From an uncultured Thermoplasmatales archaeon (GTDB lineage: Archaea; Thermoplasmatota; E2; UBA202; DSCA01), in contig CAZESS010000011.1 in assembly GCA_964514975.1 (NCBI GenBank), positions 1 to 61,192 of the forward strand: a stretch of 61,192 nucleotides of DNA. The letters are read 5' to 3'. A model generated the notes under the pieces. That model did not search any database and was not told where the DNA came from. It saw only the letters and a program-made list of their open reading frames with translations. Shown in pieces: positions 19,701-30,039 of this stretch (its first letter is position 1; every line of letters begins with the position of its first letter). The position numbers were made by a program, and so were the translations under genes.

Positions 19701-22268
19701 GTTGTGGAAACGCGAGCTGGCGATGGAGGTGTCATGGCCCGATGAAACGATGGCGGTTGCATGTGACGAGATGGTGCAGCCGGTGATGCTCGGCCCCGCG
19801 CCGTGTATGACAATGCCGGTGTCGCCGTCCGTGAAGGTACATGACTGTACCCGGACGTTGGCGGAATCGTTGACATATATGCCGCGGGTGTGCCCTGTAA
19901 ACGTGCAGCGTGACAGGTAGGCCTCCGTGTCGTGGAGGATGACGGCGTCCGCTGCCGTGGCGGAAACGTCGACGTTGTAAATCTGGGTGACCGCGTATCG
20001 TCCGCTGCCGTGGGCCTCGATGCCGACGGTGTTGCCGGAGAGGTCGCAGCTGGATATCCGTGTCCCGGATGACGAGGTGAGGACGATGGCTCTATCGTTG
20101 TCTGTAAAGGTGGCCTGCGTGATGGTGTTGCCGGTTCCCGTGACCTCGATGCCGACGGTGTTGCCGGTCAGCGTGTTGTTGCTGACGAGGGCGTCATTTG
20201 ACCGGAGCGTGACGGCTATGCCGTTGTCATGGAACATGTTGTCCGCGATGCTGCATCCCGCGGCGGCGACATCGACGGCGTAGGGATTGTTGCCAGTGAA
20301 GGTGTTGCCGGTGATGGAGCAGTTCTCGGCATGGGTGACCTGCACCGCACGGATGGTATCGGTGAAATGGTTGGCCTCAATGGTGTGGTCGCTGGCGTTG
20401 ACGAGGGCAACGCCGTCGGTGACCCCGGTAAAGGTGTTGTATGCAACATGGGCATATGGCCCCGTTACCCGGACGGCGGCGCCCGTGCCCGGGCCCTGGA
20501 ACATGTTTTCCATGACGCGTGCATATCCGCCCTGAACATGGATGCCGCCCGCGGAGGGAGCAAGGTCGGATACCGTGCAGCGGGTGACGGTGACGTTGTC
20601 GGCGGATACGTTGACCGCCCGGGAGGCGCCGGTAATGGCGAACTCGTGAAGAACGACGTTGTCGGCGCTCACGGTGAAAGCGGTGCCGCCATCGCCGTCC
20701 ACGGTTGCGTTGTCGCCGGTGAGGGTAACGTTTTTGTCGACGAGCACCTGCTCCTGGTAGGTGCCTTCGAGGACGTAGATGAGATTGCCGGTGCTGGCAT
20801 TGATGACACCCTCCTGTATCATCCGGACATGTGTGTGGTCGTACCATCCAGGGCTCTGGTCGTCGTCGACATAGATGTCGGCCACGTGGACGGTATGGGT
20901 GGTCTGGTTGACGTCGCCGCTGTCATCTGTCACCCGGAAGGTGACGTTGTGGGTGTCGCTCGCGGTAAACGTGTGGGTGAGCGTCGGGCCGTATCCGACC
21001 GTGGTGTTGTCTATTATCCAGGTCTGGTTTGTAACGGTGCCGTCGAGGTCCGTGGTGTTCCGCCGGATGCCTCCGGGGCCGATGGAGTAGTTGACGAAGG
21101 TCACGGCATCGTTGACGGCGGGATAGGTCGGCGTCCATGAAAAAATGGGGTCCGGGGGCAGGTTGATGACCGCTACCTCCCGGGTCGTCGTGTTGTATGC
21201 GTGGCCGCTGTCGATGACGGTGAGGGTGACCGTGTAGGTGTCCTTTGCGCTGTAGCGGTGGGTGAGGTTGCGTGCATGGCTCGTGGTGCCGTCGCCGAGG
21301 TTCCATGTCCGGTTGACGATGGAGCCGTCATGGTCGGTTGAGATGTCTTTGAACACGACATCGGTTTTGATGGTGGCCTCGACGGGGCTGATGGAGGCCG
21401 CGGCATCGGGAAGGTCATTGGTGGTGTCGACGGTCTTGGTGACCTCGCTGGTTTCCCCGTCGTCGTCGGTTACCTGCAGCGTCACCTGATAGGTGCCGTC
21501 CTCCTGGTAGACATGGGAGGGATTCTGGACGTAGCTGCCGTTGCCGTCGCCGAAGCTCCATTCCCAGGCAGATATCGCGCCGTCATCGGTGGAATAGCTG
21601 CCGTTGAACCGGATGGCGTCGTGTTCTTTCGTCCAGTAAAAGTTTGCCGTCGGCGGGACGTTGAACACGTACACCTGCTTCGTCACGCTGTCAAGACAGG
21701 TATCGTTGGAGTCATATATCGTGAGCTGGACGTTGTATATGCCGTTGTCGGCGAAGGTATGCACGGGGTCTCTGAGATATGATACCGCTCCGTCGCCGAA
21801 CTGCCACGTCCAGTTCCGTATCTCCTGGTGCGGGTCAACCGATTCATCCCAGAACTGGACCGCGGTCTGCGTCGTCGGCGTCTCGGGCCCCCAGGTAAAA
21901 TCCGCAACGGGCGGGTCATCGGAAACGCTGATCGTCCGGGTGTTCGATGCGCCATCGCCGGCATGTATGGTGGTGAGCGTGACGGTGGCGGTGCCCGGCT
22001 GGAAGGCATGGGTCACCGTTTTACCGTAGCCCATGGAGTCGTTGCCAAATGACCAGGTGTAGTTGGCGCTGTCCGGGCCATACGCGGTGAACGCTATCTC
22101 TGTGCCGCTGGTGTATTGCCAGTGAAAGTAGGCGGCGCTGGCCGCCTGCTCCTCATATGATGAGATGGATTCGCTTCCGCCGGACTGCACGCCTGCCAGC
22201 GCGGCCAGCACAAGTAAAGATATGAATGCTACTGCAAAAATGCTTCTTGCATGTGGCTTTTTCGTCAT
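16800..22268 (-). CDS. Giant cell-surface glycoprotein with PKD domains, NosD-type beta-helix and PGF-CTERM anchor
   Basis: Signal peptide; multiple WxFGDG...H.Y...GTY.VTLTV PKD repeats at both ends; long parallel beta-helix; ends TPGFAMPLLLLALAVACLALRRR (archaeosortase signal); many N-x-S/T sequons. Confidence 0.92.
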   Translation of the reverse strand: MTKKPHARSIFAVAFISLLVLAALAGVQSGGSESISSYEEQAASAAYFHWQYTSGTEIAFTAYGPDSANYTWSFGNDSMGYGKTVTHAFQPGTATVTLTTIHAGDGASNTRTISVSDDPPVADFTWGPETPTTQTAVQFWDESVDPHQEIRNWTWQFGDGAVSYLRDPVHTFADNGIYNVQLTIYDSNDTCLDSVTKQVYVFNVPPTANFYWTKEHDAIRFNGSYSTDDGAISAWEWSFGDGNGSYVQNPSHVYQEDGTYQVTLQVTDDDGETSEVTKTVDTTNDLPDAAASISPVEATIKTDVVFKDISTDHDGSIVNRTWNLGDGTTSHARNLTHRYSAKDTYTVTLTVIDSGHAYNTTTREVAVINLPPDPIFSWTPTYPAVNDAVTFVNYSIGPGGIRRNTTDLDGTVTNQTWIIDNTTVGYGPTLTHTFTASDTHNVTFRVTDDSGDVNQTTHTVHVADIYVDDDQSPGWYDHTHVRMIQEGVINASTGNLIYVLEGTYQEQVLVDKNVTLTGDNATVDGDGGTAFTVSADNVVLHEFAITGASRAVNVSADNVTVTRCTVSDLAPSAGGIHVQGGYARVMENMFQGPGTGAAVRVTGPYAHVAYNTFTGVTDGVALVNASDHTIEANHFTDTIRAVQVTHAENCSITGNTFTGNNPYAVDVAAAGCSIADNMFHDNGIAVTLRSNDALVSNNTLTGNTVGIEVTGTGNTITQATFTDNDRAIVLTSSSGTRISSCDLSGNTVGIEAHGSGRYAVTQIYNVDVSATAADAVILHDTEAYLSRCTFTGHTRGIYVNDSANVRVQSCTFTDGDTGIVIHGAGPSITGCTISSHATAIVSSGHDTSIASSRFHNNTLALLMQGDDGAITGCTIEDNMYGIVVHDAHHLTVTTSTLSGNTHGMSAENDTDTAIQNTSFANNTNAVALNGSHAAVIADSMIADSETALALTDATNCRVQHSHLRRNMLAVTVLSGMYTHLDGNNLSGNHIALRLFRAPENVLDNNSFVDNDYAIDLEGSTVSHYHQDIDDSNTVNGRPVYYITDTSDVNWSAVAPDGRYGYLAFVSCHNVTIHGARTEPNGEGLLLADVHSFTVTGSTFANSRDGAVLFSSSNGSIMSTTCSDNAGDGVIMTSGTHNVSITACTITGNGQRGINLYRSTGGAGHVHIADSDVTDNWLGVNIENTGSNTLENLTLSGSQNVAIRLYKSDDIHVGNTTLHDNTDGLEIARSSAMLYNLSMWGHNTAITATDGTIDMQGGHLHDNDVGVAATRATVAIAGATLHNHSTGIMADDNTTVYLGGVVLDASNHALHVMFSEVTIEGCTVTNNTYGILLDHAHASVANCTDGGAIAGNTYAVTINHSTDVMLTGCSLHDNVNAVTVTASNGTTIDDCVVYNNTDALLLSDANDTSITGSLLHHNVNALDIHAGNTTVVRCSFWKNMYGVRIINGRFNDIYHNNFAYNMEQASDTGANNSWDDGYPAGGNYWSDYAGTDHRRGPAQNQSGSDGIGDIPYPIADGSAADSYPLMDMVENAAAIPNSPPVAAFFIYPAQPLSDEPVDYVDRSSDPNGNSDIAEWHWDFGDGNTSSRQHPSHRYAHPGNYTVMLTVTDSQNASASHETTITVSNTPPEARFTMSPSEAAIDETIQFTDGSTDGNGAVVSWNWTFGDGATSSQQNPSHAYSTAGTYTVTLRVADDDGATDTTSLKIKVSGTRPTAAFSAIPSKPRAGEPVSFTDLSTDDSVIETWHWDFGDGNASAAQNPSHAYEKAGTYTVTLTIWDDDGAKNTTTKTITVTDDNDTPGFAMPLLLLALAVACLALRRRQGKI

Positions 22269-22338
22269 TGTTTCCCCCGAATTGTGGACGTAAAGAAGAA
22301 TAAGGCGTGCTTATTTATAAATTTGTATCCCTTTTCCT

Positions 22339-23112
22339 TCAGCCGCCGGGCTCGAGACTGCTGATGTCGCCGGCGTGGAGCTCCCCGTTTTTCACGTAGA
22401 GCCGGATACCATGGAGCATGTCGCCCTCGCTGAACTGCTGCAGCCGCTTCGCACGCTGATTCCAGGCGACGAGCGTTCGCTCGCCGGTGTCGTCTGCCAG
22501 CGTCGCCCGGGCGGAAAATGTTTCCCCGGAGGAGGTGAAGAACACCTGCGTCGGGCTGATGTCTTTGAGCGTAGCACGGATGTCGACGATGCCCTGGTCG
22601 ACGTCCTGCAGCCGGGTCGGCTCCTCCGACGGCTCGATGTCGGGCGCATCCGACGGGTTGATTTCGATGAGTCCCCATTTGCCGATGTTTACCTCGATGC
22701 CGTGGAAGCCCTCCTTGACATAGCCGTTGATGACCTTGATGATCTCGCCCTCGGATATCTTCCCCGCGGCGACCAGATCGACGTCGGCGTCCCAGAGCAC
22801 GAGCACGCATCGCCCCGTCTCGTCGGAGATGATGCTGTTGACCACCCGGCCGCCGCTGAACTCCCTGACGTCGCCGATGTGCTCCACGAGCGCGTACAGC
22901 GTCGCGTCGATGTCCGGGGCCAGCGCCGATATAGGCGTCAGCGGCAGCAGGTTGCGGCAGTGCTTATCCACCACGATGAGCGCCGCCGCGTCCTCGTCGA
23001 TGAGACCGCCGTAGTCCTCGATTTCCTGTCGTATCTGGCGGTCGTATTCCTCGCGGTCGAGCACGTCGCTGACCGCCCGGTAGAGCTCGTTTTTGGTGTA
23101 GCGCTCCGGCAT
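22339..23112 (-). CDS. RPA-like single-stranded DNA-binding protein (OB folds)
   Basis: YGGLIDEDAAALIV N-terminal domain; ISDETGRCVLVLWD and LADDTGERTLVAW OB-fold motifs. Confidence 0.8.
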   Translation of the reverse strand: MPERYTKNELYRAVSDVLDREEYDRQIRQEIEDYGGLIDEDAAALIVVDKHCRNLLPLTPISALAPDIDATLYALVEHIGDVREFSGGRVVNSIISDETGRCVLVLWDADVDLVAAGKISEGEIIKVINGYVKEGFHGIEVNIGKWGLIEINPSDAPDIEPSEEPTRLQDVDQGIVDIRATLKDISPTQVFFTSSGETFSARATLADDTGERTLVAWNQRAKRLQQFSEGDMLHGIRLYVKNGELHAGDISSLEPGG

Positions 23113-23183
23113 AGATGGTGATAGCGCGGGCCTTGATAGTGTTTTCGTGATAGATTTTTATACGCCGCGGCGTTTTAATCGCC

Positions 23184-24467
23184 ATGGAACCAGTGCTGCA
23201 GGTCGCGCTTGACCTCGTGAACATGGACCGCGCGCTCCAGATAGCCAGGGAAGCACTGGAGGGCGGCGTCGACTGGCTCGAAGCGGGCACCCCGCTCATC
23301 AAGTCCGAGGGCATGGATGCCGTGCGTCGTCTCGCGGATCTGGACGTGCCCGTCGTCGCTGACATGAAGACGATGGACGTCGGCGACGTCGAGGTCGAAA
23401 TGGCGGCCAGGGCCGGCGCATCGGTCGTCTGTCTGCTTGGCGTCGCGAGCGACGAAACGCTGCGGGAGGGCATCGCGGCGGCACATCGCTACGGTGCAGA
23501 CATCCTGGTCGATCTGATGGGCGTCCCCGACCTTGAAAGGCGGGCGCAGCATGCTGCGGAGCTCGGCGCCGACATCGTGGGCGTCCACGTGTCCATCGAC
23601 GAGCAGATGACCGGTCGGCAGCCCTATGAGGACGTCGCACGCGTCGCCACGTGCTGTTCGATTCCCGTCGCCGCGGCGGGCGGCATCACCAGTGAGACGG
23701 CGCCGCTTGCCATCGAAAACGGTGCGAGCGTGGTCATCGTCGGTGGCGCCATCATCAAGGCCGAGCAGGTATCCAGGGCAGCCCGGACGATAAAAACCGC
23801 GATGCAACAGGGTTCGGCCATCAAAAGCGAGTTGTTCAAAAAATACGGCCGCGACGAAATACGGCAGGCGCTGCAGCGGGTGTCGGCATGCAACGTCTGC
23901 GATGCGATGCACAATGCCGGCGGGCTCCGCGGCATCCGCCCCCTGAAAGAGGGCTACCACCTGGTCGGCCCGGCGCTGACCGTCAAAACCATGGACGGCG
24001 ACTGGGCGAAGGTCGTCGAGGCCATCGACGCCGCATCCGAGGGCGACGTCATCGTCGTGCAGGCCGCCCCGGGTCGGCAGGCGGTCTGGGGAGAACTGGC
24101 CACGTGGAGCGCCGTGAAAAACGGCATCGGCGGCGTGGTCGTCGACGGCGCCGTCCGCGACGTGGGCGACATCCGGGAGCTGGACATCCCAGTGTATACC
24201 CGGCGGACGGTCGCTGAGGCGGGTGAGCCGAAGGGTTACGGCGAAATCGGCCATGAGGTGGTCTGCGGCGGACAAACCGTGCACTCCGGCGACTGGCTGG
24301 TCGGCGACGACTCCGGCCTGGCGGTCATCCCCCGGGAGCGCGTGCAGGAGGTCGCCAACCGCGCGGTCAACGTCCACGAGCGAGAAAATCGGATGCGCGA
24401 GGAAATCAGGCGCGGCAGCTCCCTCGGAAGGGTGCTCGAGCTCGAAAAATGGGAGAAAAAACGGTAG
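23184..24467 (+). CDS. 3-hexulose-6-phosphate synthase fused to RraA/MenG-like domain
   Basis: LQVALD, EAGTPLIK, ADMKTMD in the N half; NVCDAM, AVWGEL, DGAVRD, GDDSG in the C half. Confidence 0.9.
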   Translation: MEPVLQVALDLVNMDRALQIAREALEGGVDWLEAGTPLIKSEGMDAVRRLADLDVPVVADMKTMDVGDVEVEMAARAGASVVCLLGVASDETLREGIAAAHRYGADILVDLMGVPDLERRAQHAAELGADIVGVHVSIDEQMTGRQPYEDVARVATCCSIPVAAAGGITSETAPLAIENGASVVIVGGAIIKAEQVSRAARTIKTAMQQGSAIKSELFKKYGRDEIRQALQRVSACNVCDAMHNAGGLRGIRPLKEGYHLVGPALTVKTMDGDWAKVVEAIDAASEGDVIVVQAAPGRQAVWGELATWSAVKNGIGGVVVDGAVRDVGDIRELDIPVYTRRTVAEAGEPKGYGEIGHEVVCGGQTVHSGDWLVGDDSGLAVIPRERVQEVANRAVNVHERENRMREEIRRGSSLGRVLELEKWEKKR

Positions 24468-24473
24468 CCCCGG

Positions 24474-25100
24474 TCAATATGTTTCTATCAGATGCCGTGC
24501 CCATCTGAGCTTTTTTTGCTTTACCGCGGTGTCCTTGCCGGGCTTGCGAGCGGGATGCTCGAAGTCATAGCCGAGGAGAGTAACCGAGGTGGCGCCACAT
24601 GTTTTAGCGAGGAAATAGGCGCGGTCGCCGTCGGTGAACCCTCCAAAGTTGTAGACCTCGTCGAATGGCGCTGCCTGCGTCGTCGGCACAATCGGGCCGG
24701 GAAACCGCGGGACGTGCTGTTGGAGCGCTTCAATATTGTCTCCATGTGCATGGATGGCCGTGACGGTGCCCTGCCGGCTGGCCGCTATCTGGTCGTTGAC
24801 GGCGCCGTCGAGGTCGGTAACGATGACGTCGGGCCGGATGTCATGCCGGAGCAGGAGCGACGTGGCCTCGTCCGCAGCGACGACGACACCGCTGACATCA
24901 ATTATTTCCTGTTCGAGGGTATCCGCGGCGCCGCATATGGATACGTCTTCCCCGGCGAGGATATCCCGCAATATGGCTGGATGAGCCGGACTGTCGACCA
25001 GCGAGCTGAGAATGCGGGCTGCCTCCTCGTCTGCCTCCCGCCTGATGCCGAAGTCGGCGAGGATCCGCATGTAGATGGGCTCCCAGATCTGGAAGTCCAT
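24474..25100 (-). CDS. mptE: 6-hydroxymethylpterin diphosphokinase MptE-like (DUF115)
   Basis: PDVIVTDLDG, HAHGDN, NFGGFTDGDRA, KKLRWA; start 1 nt after guaAB stop. Confidence 0.85.
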   Translation of the reverse strand: MDFQIWEPIYMRILADFGIRREADEEAARILSSLVDSPAHPAILRDILAGEDVSICGAADTLEQEIIDVSGVVVAADEATSLLLRHDIRPDVIVTDLDGAVNDQIAASRQGTVTAIHAHGDNIEALQQHVPRFPGPIVPTTQAAPFDEVYNFGGFTDGDRAYFLAKTCGATSVTLLGYDFEHPARKPGKDTAVKQKKLRWARHLIETY

Positions 25101-25101
25101 C

Positions 25102-26046
25102 TTACTCCCATTCGACGGTACCCGGCGGCTTGTGGGTAATGTCGTAGACCACGCGGTTAACCTCGTTGAGCTCGTTGGTGATGCGCGTGGAGATACGGTC
25201 GAGCACCTCATAGGGAACGCGGCTGAAATCCGCGGTCATCGCATCGAGCGATTCCACGGATCGGACAGCGATGGTGTAGCCATAGGCACGCCGGTCGCCG
25301 TGCACGCCAACTGTTTTGACGGGAAGCAGCACCGCAAAGTATTGCCAGGGCTTCGACATCTCCCCCTCTGCCACGGCTGTGCCGATTTCCTCCTCGACGA
25401 TGGCGCAGGCGTCCCGGATGACGCAGGCGCGCTCCGGTGTCACCTCGCCGATGATGCGCACCGCCAGCCCGGGACCGGGGAATGGCTGCCGTTCCGCCAC
25501 CGGCAGGTCGAGGGCGCGGGCGACCCTGCGCACCTCGTCCTTGTAGAGGTCGCGGAGCGGCTCGACGAGCTCAAGGTCCATGTCCTCGGGCAGGCCACCG
25601 ACGTTGTGATGGGACTTGATGGTGTCGCGGAGGCCGCCGCCGCTCTCGATCCAGTCGGGAGCGATGGTCCCCTGGATGAGATAGCCAGCGTCAACATTAC
25701 GGGCCTCGCGCTCGAATATCCTGATGAACTTTTCACCGATGATTTTACGTTTTTTCTCGGGGTCGACGACGCCTGCAAGCACCTCGTAGAACTCGTCGCC
25801 CGCCTCGACATACCGAAGCGTCAGGTTCATCCCGCCGATGATGTCTCTGACCTGGTCGCCCTCGTTCTTCCGCATACAGCCCGTGTCGACATAGATGGCG
25901 GTGAGGTCGCTGCCCAGCGCCATGCTGCCGAGTTTGGCCGCCACGGTTGAGTCAACGCCGCCCGAGGTCGCGATGATGGCGGTGCCGTCGACCTGCTCTC
26001 TGATGTTCTGCACGGCCTGCTCGATGAACGCCTTGGGTTCAAACAT
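25102..26046 (-). CDS. guaAB: GMP synthase, ATP pyrophosphatase subunit B
   Basis: [57 protein letters not shown]. Confidence 0.95.
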   Translation of the reverse strand: MFEPKAFIEQAVQNIREQVDGTAIIATSGGVDSTVAAKLGSMALGSDLTAIYVDTGCMRKNEGDQVRDIIGGMNLTLRYVEAGDEFYEVLAGVVDPEKKRKIIGEKFIRIFEREARNVDAGYLIQGTIAPDWIESGGGLRDTIKSHHNVGGLPEDMDLELVEPLRDLYKDEVRRVARALDLPVAERQPFPGPGLAVRIIGEVTPERACVIRDACAIVEEEIGTAVAEGEMSKPWQYFAVLLPVKTVGVHGDRRAYGYTIAVRSVESLDAMTADFSRVPYEVLDRISTRITNELNEVNRVVYDITHKPPGTVEWE

Positions 26047-26476
26047 ATTTCTGCCTCATCTTCTCGCGGTACTGCTCAAGGCGTTCCCGCACCTCGGGAT
26101 GCTGCAGCCCGAGTATCTCCGCCGCAAGCAATGCAGCGTTGTCCCCCCGGTCGAGGCCGACCGCTGCCACGGGAATCCCCGGCGGCATCTGGACGATGGA
26201 CAGGATAGCGTCCATGTTGACCTTGCCCGAGACGGGAACGCCGATGACTGGCCTGGTGGTGTGCGCGGCGAGGCTGCCCGGCAGCGCCGCCGCGAGCCCG
26301 GCGATGGCGATATAGACGTCGGCGTCGCCAGATGCGATTTCCTTTATCTTTTCCGGGGTGCGGTGCGCCGATGCAACGACGGTTTCATATGGTATCTCGA
26401 GACGGTCGAGCTTTTTTTCTGCTTTCGCCGCCACCGGTTCGTCGCTCGTGCTGCCCATGACAATTGTTACCTTCAT
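26039..26476 (-). CDS. purE: N5-CAIR mutase / AIR carboxylase PurE
   Basis: [30 protein letters not shown]. Confidence 0.95.
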   Translation of the reverse strand: MKVTIVMGSTSDEPVAAKAEKKLDRLEIPYETVVASAHRTPEKIKEIASGDADVYIAIAGLAAALPGSLAAHTTRPVIGVPVSGKVNMDAILSIVQMPPGIPVAAVGLDRGDNAALLAAEILGLQHPEVRERLEQYREKMRQKYV

Positions 26477-26550
26477 GTTCCCGAAATTCCCAGGGGTTAA
26501 TAAAAATTTGCAGATGACAAAGGATTTTAAGGCCGCCGGGCTTCATCTCC

Positions 26551-27378
26551 ATGGCCCACATGTGCTGCAACTGCCATACCCATCTGGGCGATGCGTTCAT
26601 CTCGCTCCCCAAGCAAGCATGGACGGTCGAGGAGCTGGTTGCGCCGCCCGACGGCTACAAGCACCGGATGCTCCGCGATGCCGACAGAAGAGAAGTCATC
26701 AAGGGAATACGGCGGGCGCTACATGCGATGCGCGACAGCGGTGTCACCCATTTCGTCGACTTCCGGGAGGATGGCATCACGGGCGTCGAGCTGCTCGAAG
26801 CGGCCATGCGGGGGGTGGACGACCTCACGGCCATCATCATGGCACGTCCCCGGAAAGAGCGCTACAACGAGGCGGAGATAGATGTGCTGCTTGACCATGC
26901 CGACGGCATCGGGGTGAGCAGCGCCGCTGACTGGCCGTACCGGCAACTGCAGAAGGTGGCGACGCATACCAGGCAGCGCAGCAAGCAGTTTGGACTGCAT
27001 GCCAGCGAGAGCGTCCGGGAAAACATCGATGATGTCCTGGGGCTGCAACCCTCGTTTCTGGTGCATCTGTGCCGGGCCACCGACGATGACCTCCAGGCGG
27101 TCGCTGATGCCGGCGTGCCCGTGGTGGTATGCCCCCGGGCCAACGCCTTTTTCGGGCTCCGCCCCCCGGTGGAGCGCATGCGTGATCTGGGCATCCCGCT
27201 CTTGCTGGGAACGGACAATGCGATGATCGTGTCGCCGGACATACGGGGTGAGATGGCATATGTCCGGGAGCATTTTGATGTCTCCCCGGGGGATGTGCAG
27301 GCGATGACGGCGGCCAATCCAAGGAAATATTTAAATGTAGGCGGTAATATTCACCAACGAGCCGGAGGGAGCCCGTAA
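26551..27378 (+). CDS. Metal-dependent amidohydrolase (compact, TIM barrel only)
   Basis: NCHTHLGD, DFREDG, LHASE, VHL, CPRAN, LGTDN. Confidence 0.85.
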   Translation: MAHMCCNCHTHLGDAFISLPKQAWTVEELVAPPDGYKHRMLRDADRREVIKGIRRALHAMRDSGVTHFVDFREDGITGVELLEAAMRGVDDLTAIIMARPRKERYNEAEIDVLLDHADGIGVSSAADWPYRQLQKVATHTRQRSKQFGLHASESVRENIDDVLGLQPSFLVHLCRATDDDLQAVADAGVPVVVCPRANAFFGLRPPVERMRDLGIPLLLGTDNAMIVSPDIRGEMAYVREHFDVSPGDVQAMTAANPRKYLNVGGNIHQRAGGSP

Positions 27379-27431
27379 TCTGACGTGCCCTGCATGCGGG
27401 GCGCGATGGCGTGCCCTCTTCCGAGGAAACA

Positions 27432-28283
27432 ATGAACAAGAAACAAAAAGTCAAGGACGTCATGACCACCGAGACCATCACGGCGACGGTGCCGGGAAAC
27501 CGGGAGGACGTGCTCCGCCTTTTCGGGAAGCACGAGATAACCGGCATGCCCGTTGTGAAGGCCGGGACGAGCACCCTTGCCGGCATCGTCACCCGCAGCG
27601 ACCTGTTTCGCCACAACGAGGAGGAGCAGCTCGCGCTCATCATGAACGACCGCCCGCTGACCGTGGCGCCGGATGACACCATCGAGATGGCGGCGACCGT
27701 TTTGTACAGGGAGCGGGTGCACGGGCTGCCCGTGGTCGAGGACGGCGAGCTGCAGGGCATCATCGCGCCGTCGGACATCCTCCGTCTCATCAGGGCCTTC
27801 GACGGGGAACTCGTCGAGGAGTTCCTCTCACCTCTGTTCATCCCCATCTATCAGGAGACGCCATTGCCGGCGGTCATGCGGATTTTCAAGATCACCGACG
27901 TGGACGCGGTGCCGGTCATCGACGACGAGGGAGCGCTGGTGGGCATCGTCGGCGACGGCGACCTGTTCACTTTTTCGCACCTTGAGGAAAGCGTCGGGAA
28001 ATCCGAGATGGGTCTCGGCGAGGACGAGGACATGTGGAGCTGGGAGGGCATCCGTGACGTCATGCGCCTCTACTATGAGACCTCGAAGATAGAGCTCCCG
28101 CCGATCCCGGTGAAAGAGGTCATGGTAACGGACCTGTTCACGGTGTTCAGGAAAACCCCGATATCCGGGGTGGCGGAAAAAATGCTCACCCATCAGGTCA
28201 ACCAGCTGCCGGTCACCGATGACAGCGACGAGCTCGTGGGCATGGTCAGCGACATCGACCTCATGAAGGCAATTATTTCGTGA
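27432..28283 (+). CDS. Tandem CBS-domain protein (4 CBS)
   Basis: VKDVMT, GMPVV...GIVTRSD, GLPVV, AVPVID, QLPV...GMVSDID. Confidence 0.9.
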   Translation: MNKKQKVKDVMTTETITATVPGNREDVLRLFGKHEITGMPVVKAGTSTLAGIVTRSDLFRHNEEEQLALIMNDRPLTVAPDDTIEMAATVLYRERVHGLPVVEDGELQGIIAPSDILRLIRAFDGELVEEFLSPLFIPIYQETPLPAVMRIFKITDVDAVPVIDDEGALVGIVGDGDLFTFSHLEESVGKSEMGLGEDEDMWSWEGIRDVMRLYYETSKIELPPIPVKEVMVTDLFTVFRKTPISGVAEKMLTHQVNQLPVTDDSDELVGMVSDIDLMKAIIS

Positions 28284-29920
28284 ATGACATGGACATATAC
28301 AGCGAGATAGTGTCCCTGGCGAAACGACGCGGCTTTTTTTATCCCTCCTATGACATCTACGGCGGCGAAGCCGGCTTTTATGATTATGGACCGCTGGGCA
28401 CCCGGCTGAAACACCAGGTGGAAGAAAAATGGCGCTCGTTTTACGTCCTCCGCGAGAGATGCATGGAGATTTCGACGCCGGCGATCACCCCCTACGCGGT
28501 GTTCAAGGCCTCCGGCCACGTGGACAAGTTCCTGGACGTCGTGCTCACCTGCTCCAAATGTGGCTTCTCCGCCAAGGAGGAAAACGTCGACGAGGGCTCC
28601 CGCTCAAGCCTGGAATGTCCCGAGTGCGGCGGGCGGCTGCAACGCGGCCACATGAACCTGATGTTCGAGACCGAGACCGGCGCCCGAGACCGGCGGACGG
28701 CGTTCCTGCGGCCTGAGACGGCGCAGGGCATCTTCGTCGACTTTCCCTTCCTTTACCAGTTTTCACGGAAACAGCTTCCCATGGGCGTCGTCCAGGTGGG
28801 GAAGGGTTTCCGCAACGAGGTCTCCCCACGGCAGAGCCTCTACCGGATGCGAGAGTTCGCCATGGCCGAAGCAGAGATATTTTTCGACCCGGAGGACAAG
28901 ACACATCCCCGCTTCGACGAGGTGGCCGATGACACGCTGACGGTCATCCCGGCGGACGCCGACGAACAAATGGCGACGGTCGGATCGCTCCTTGACAGCG
29001 GCATCATCGGCAACCAGGCGCTCGCCTACTATATCGCGCTGACCAGGCGGTTTCTGCTGGCGGTGGGCATCGCCGACCAAAAGCTGCGGTTCCGGCAGCA
29101 TGAGCCCGACGAGATGGCTCATTATGCCAGCGACTGCTGGGACGCCGAGATCCTGACGGCGCTGGGCTGGATCGAATGCGTGGGCATCGCAGACCGCACC
29201 GCATATGATCTCAGCGCACACATGGAGGCCACGGGCGAGGACATGACCGCGTTCCGCAGGTATGATACGGCGCGGCAGGAGAAACGGCGTCGCATCATCC
29301 CTGACATGGCGAAGCTGGGCCCCGCGTTCAAGGAACAGGCTAAGGAGATCGCCGACCTGCTGGCAGACATGGAGCCGCCGGAGAACGCTGATGACGGCCT
29401 CGTGGTGCAGGTGGACAACGAGGACGTCGCCATCGACCCCGGGCTGTATGACGTCGTGGAGGAGGAGATAACGATAACGGGCGAAAACGTCATCCCGCAC
29501 GTGGTGGAGCCCTCCTACGGCATCGACCGCATCCTGTACAGCATCCTGGAGCACAGCTACTGCCGGAGTGAAAAAGAAGGCGAAAGCTATGTCCGGCTGG
29601 AGCTGCCATCCGACATCGCGCCCGTCACGGCCGGGGTGTTCCCCCTGGTCAGCAAGAACGGGCTATCCGACATTGCCCGGGACATCGCCGACGAGCTGCG
29701 AACCCAGGGCCTGCTGACCTATTACGACGAGGGCGGCAGCATCGGCCGGCGGTATGCACGGATGGACGAAATCGGGACGCCTTTTTGTGTCACGGTTGAC
29801 TTCGACACCCTTGAAGATGACACGGTGACGGTCCGCTTCCGGGACACTACGGAGCAGGTCCGTGTGCTCCGCAATGAGCTCGCCCGATGGCTGCGGGAAC
29901 GGGTAGAGCTAGAGCGGTAA
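28280..29920 (+). CDS. glyS: Glycine--tRNA ligase (alpha2 type)
   Basis: KRRGF, LRPETAQG, FRNEVSPR, EMAHYA, VEPSYGIDR, GSIGRRYARMDEIG. Confidence 0.97.
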   Translation: MNDMDIYSEIVSLAKRRGFFYPSYDIYGGEAGFYDYGPLGTRLKHQVEEKWRSFYVLRERCMEISTPAITPYAVFKASGHVDKFLDVVLTCSKCGFSAKEENVDEGSRSSLECPECGGRLQRGHMNLMFETETGARDRRTAFLRPETAQGIFVDFPFLYQFSRKQLPMGVVQVGKGFRNEVSPRQSLYRMREFAMAEAEIFFDPEDKTHPRFDEVADDTLTVIPADADEQMATVGSLLDSGIIGNQALAYYIALTRRFLLAVGIADQKLRFRQHEPDEMAHYASDCWDAEILTALGWIECVGIADRTAYDLSAHMEATGEDMTAFRRYDTARQEKRRRIIPDMAKLGPAFKEQAKEIADLLADMEPPENADDGLVVQVDNEDVAIDPGLYDVVEEEITITGENVIPHVVEPSYGIDRILYSILEHSYCRSEKEGESYVRLELPSDIAPVTAGVFPLVSKNGLSDIARDIADELRTQGLLTYYDEGGSIGRRYARMDEIGTPFCVTVDFDTLEDDTVTVRFRDTTEQVRVLRNELARWLRERVELER

Positions 29921-30039
29921 GCATCCTCTGTGACAAGGTATCTGGCAGTTCTTTTACAATGGTGTAACTTCCACATTTAGTTTCATATTTTTTCTAACTG
30001 TTCTAAAAAAATTATTTATCTAGTGCTTGCATTAGGATA

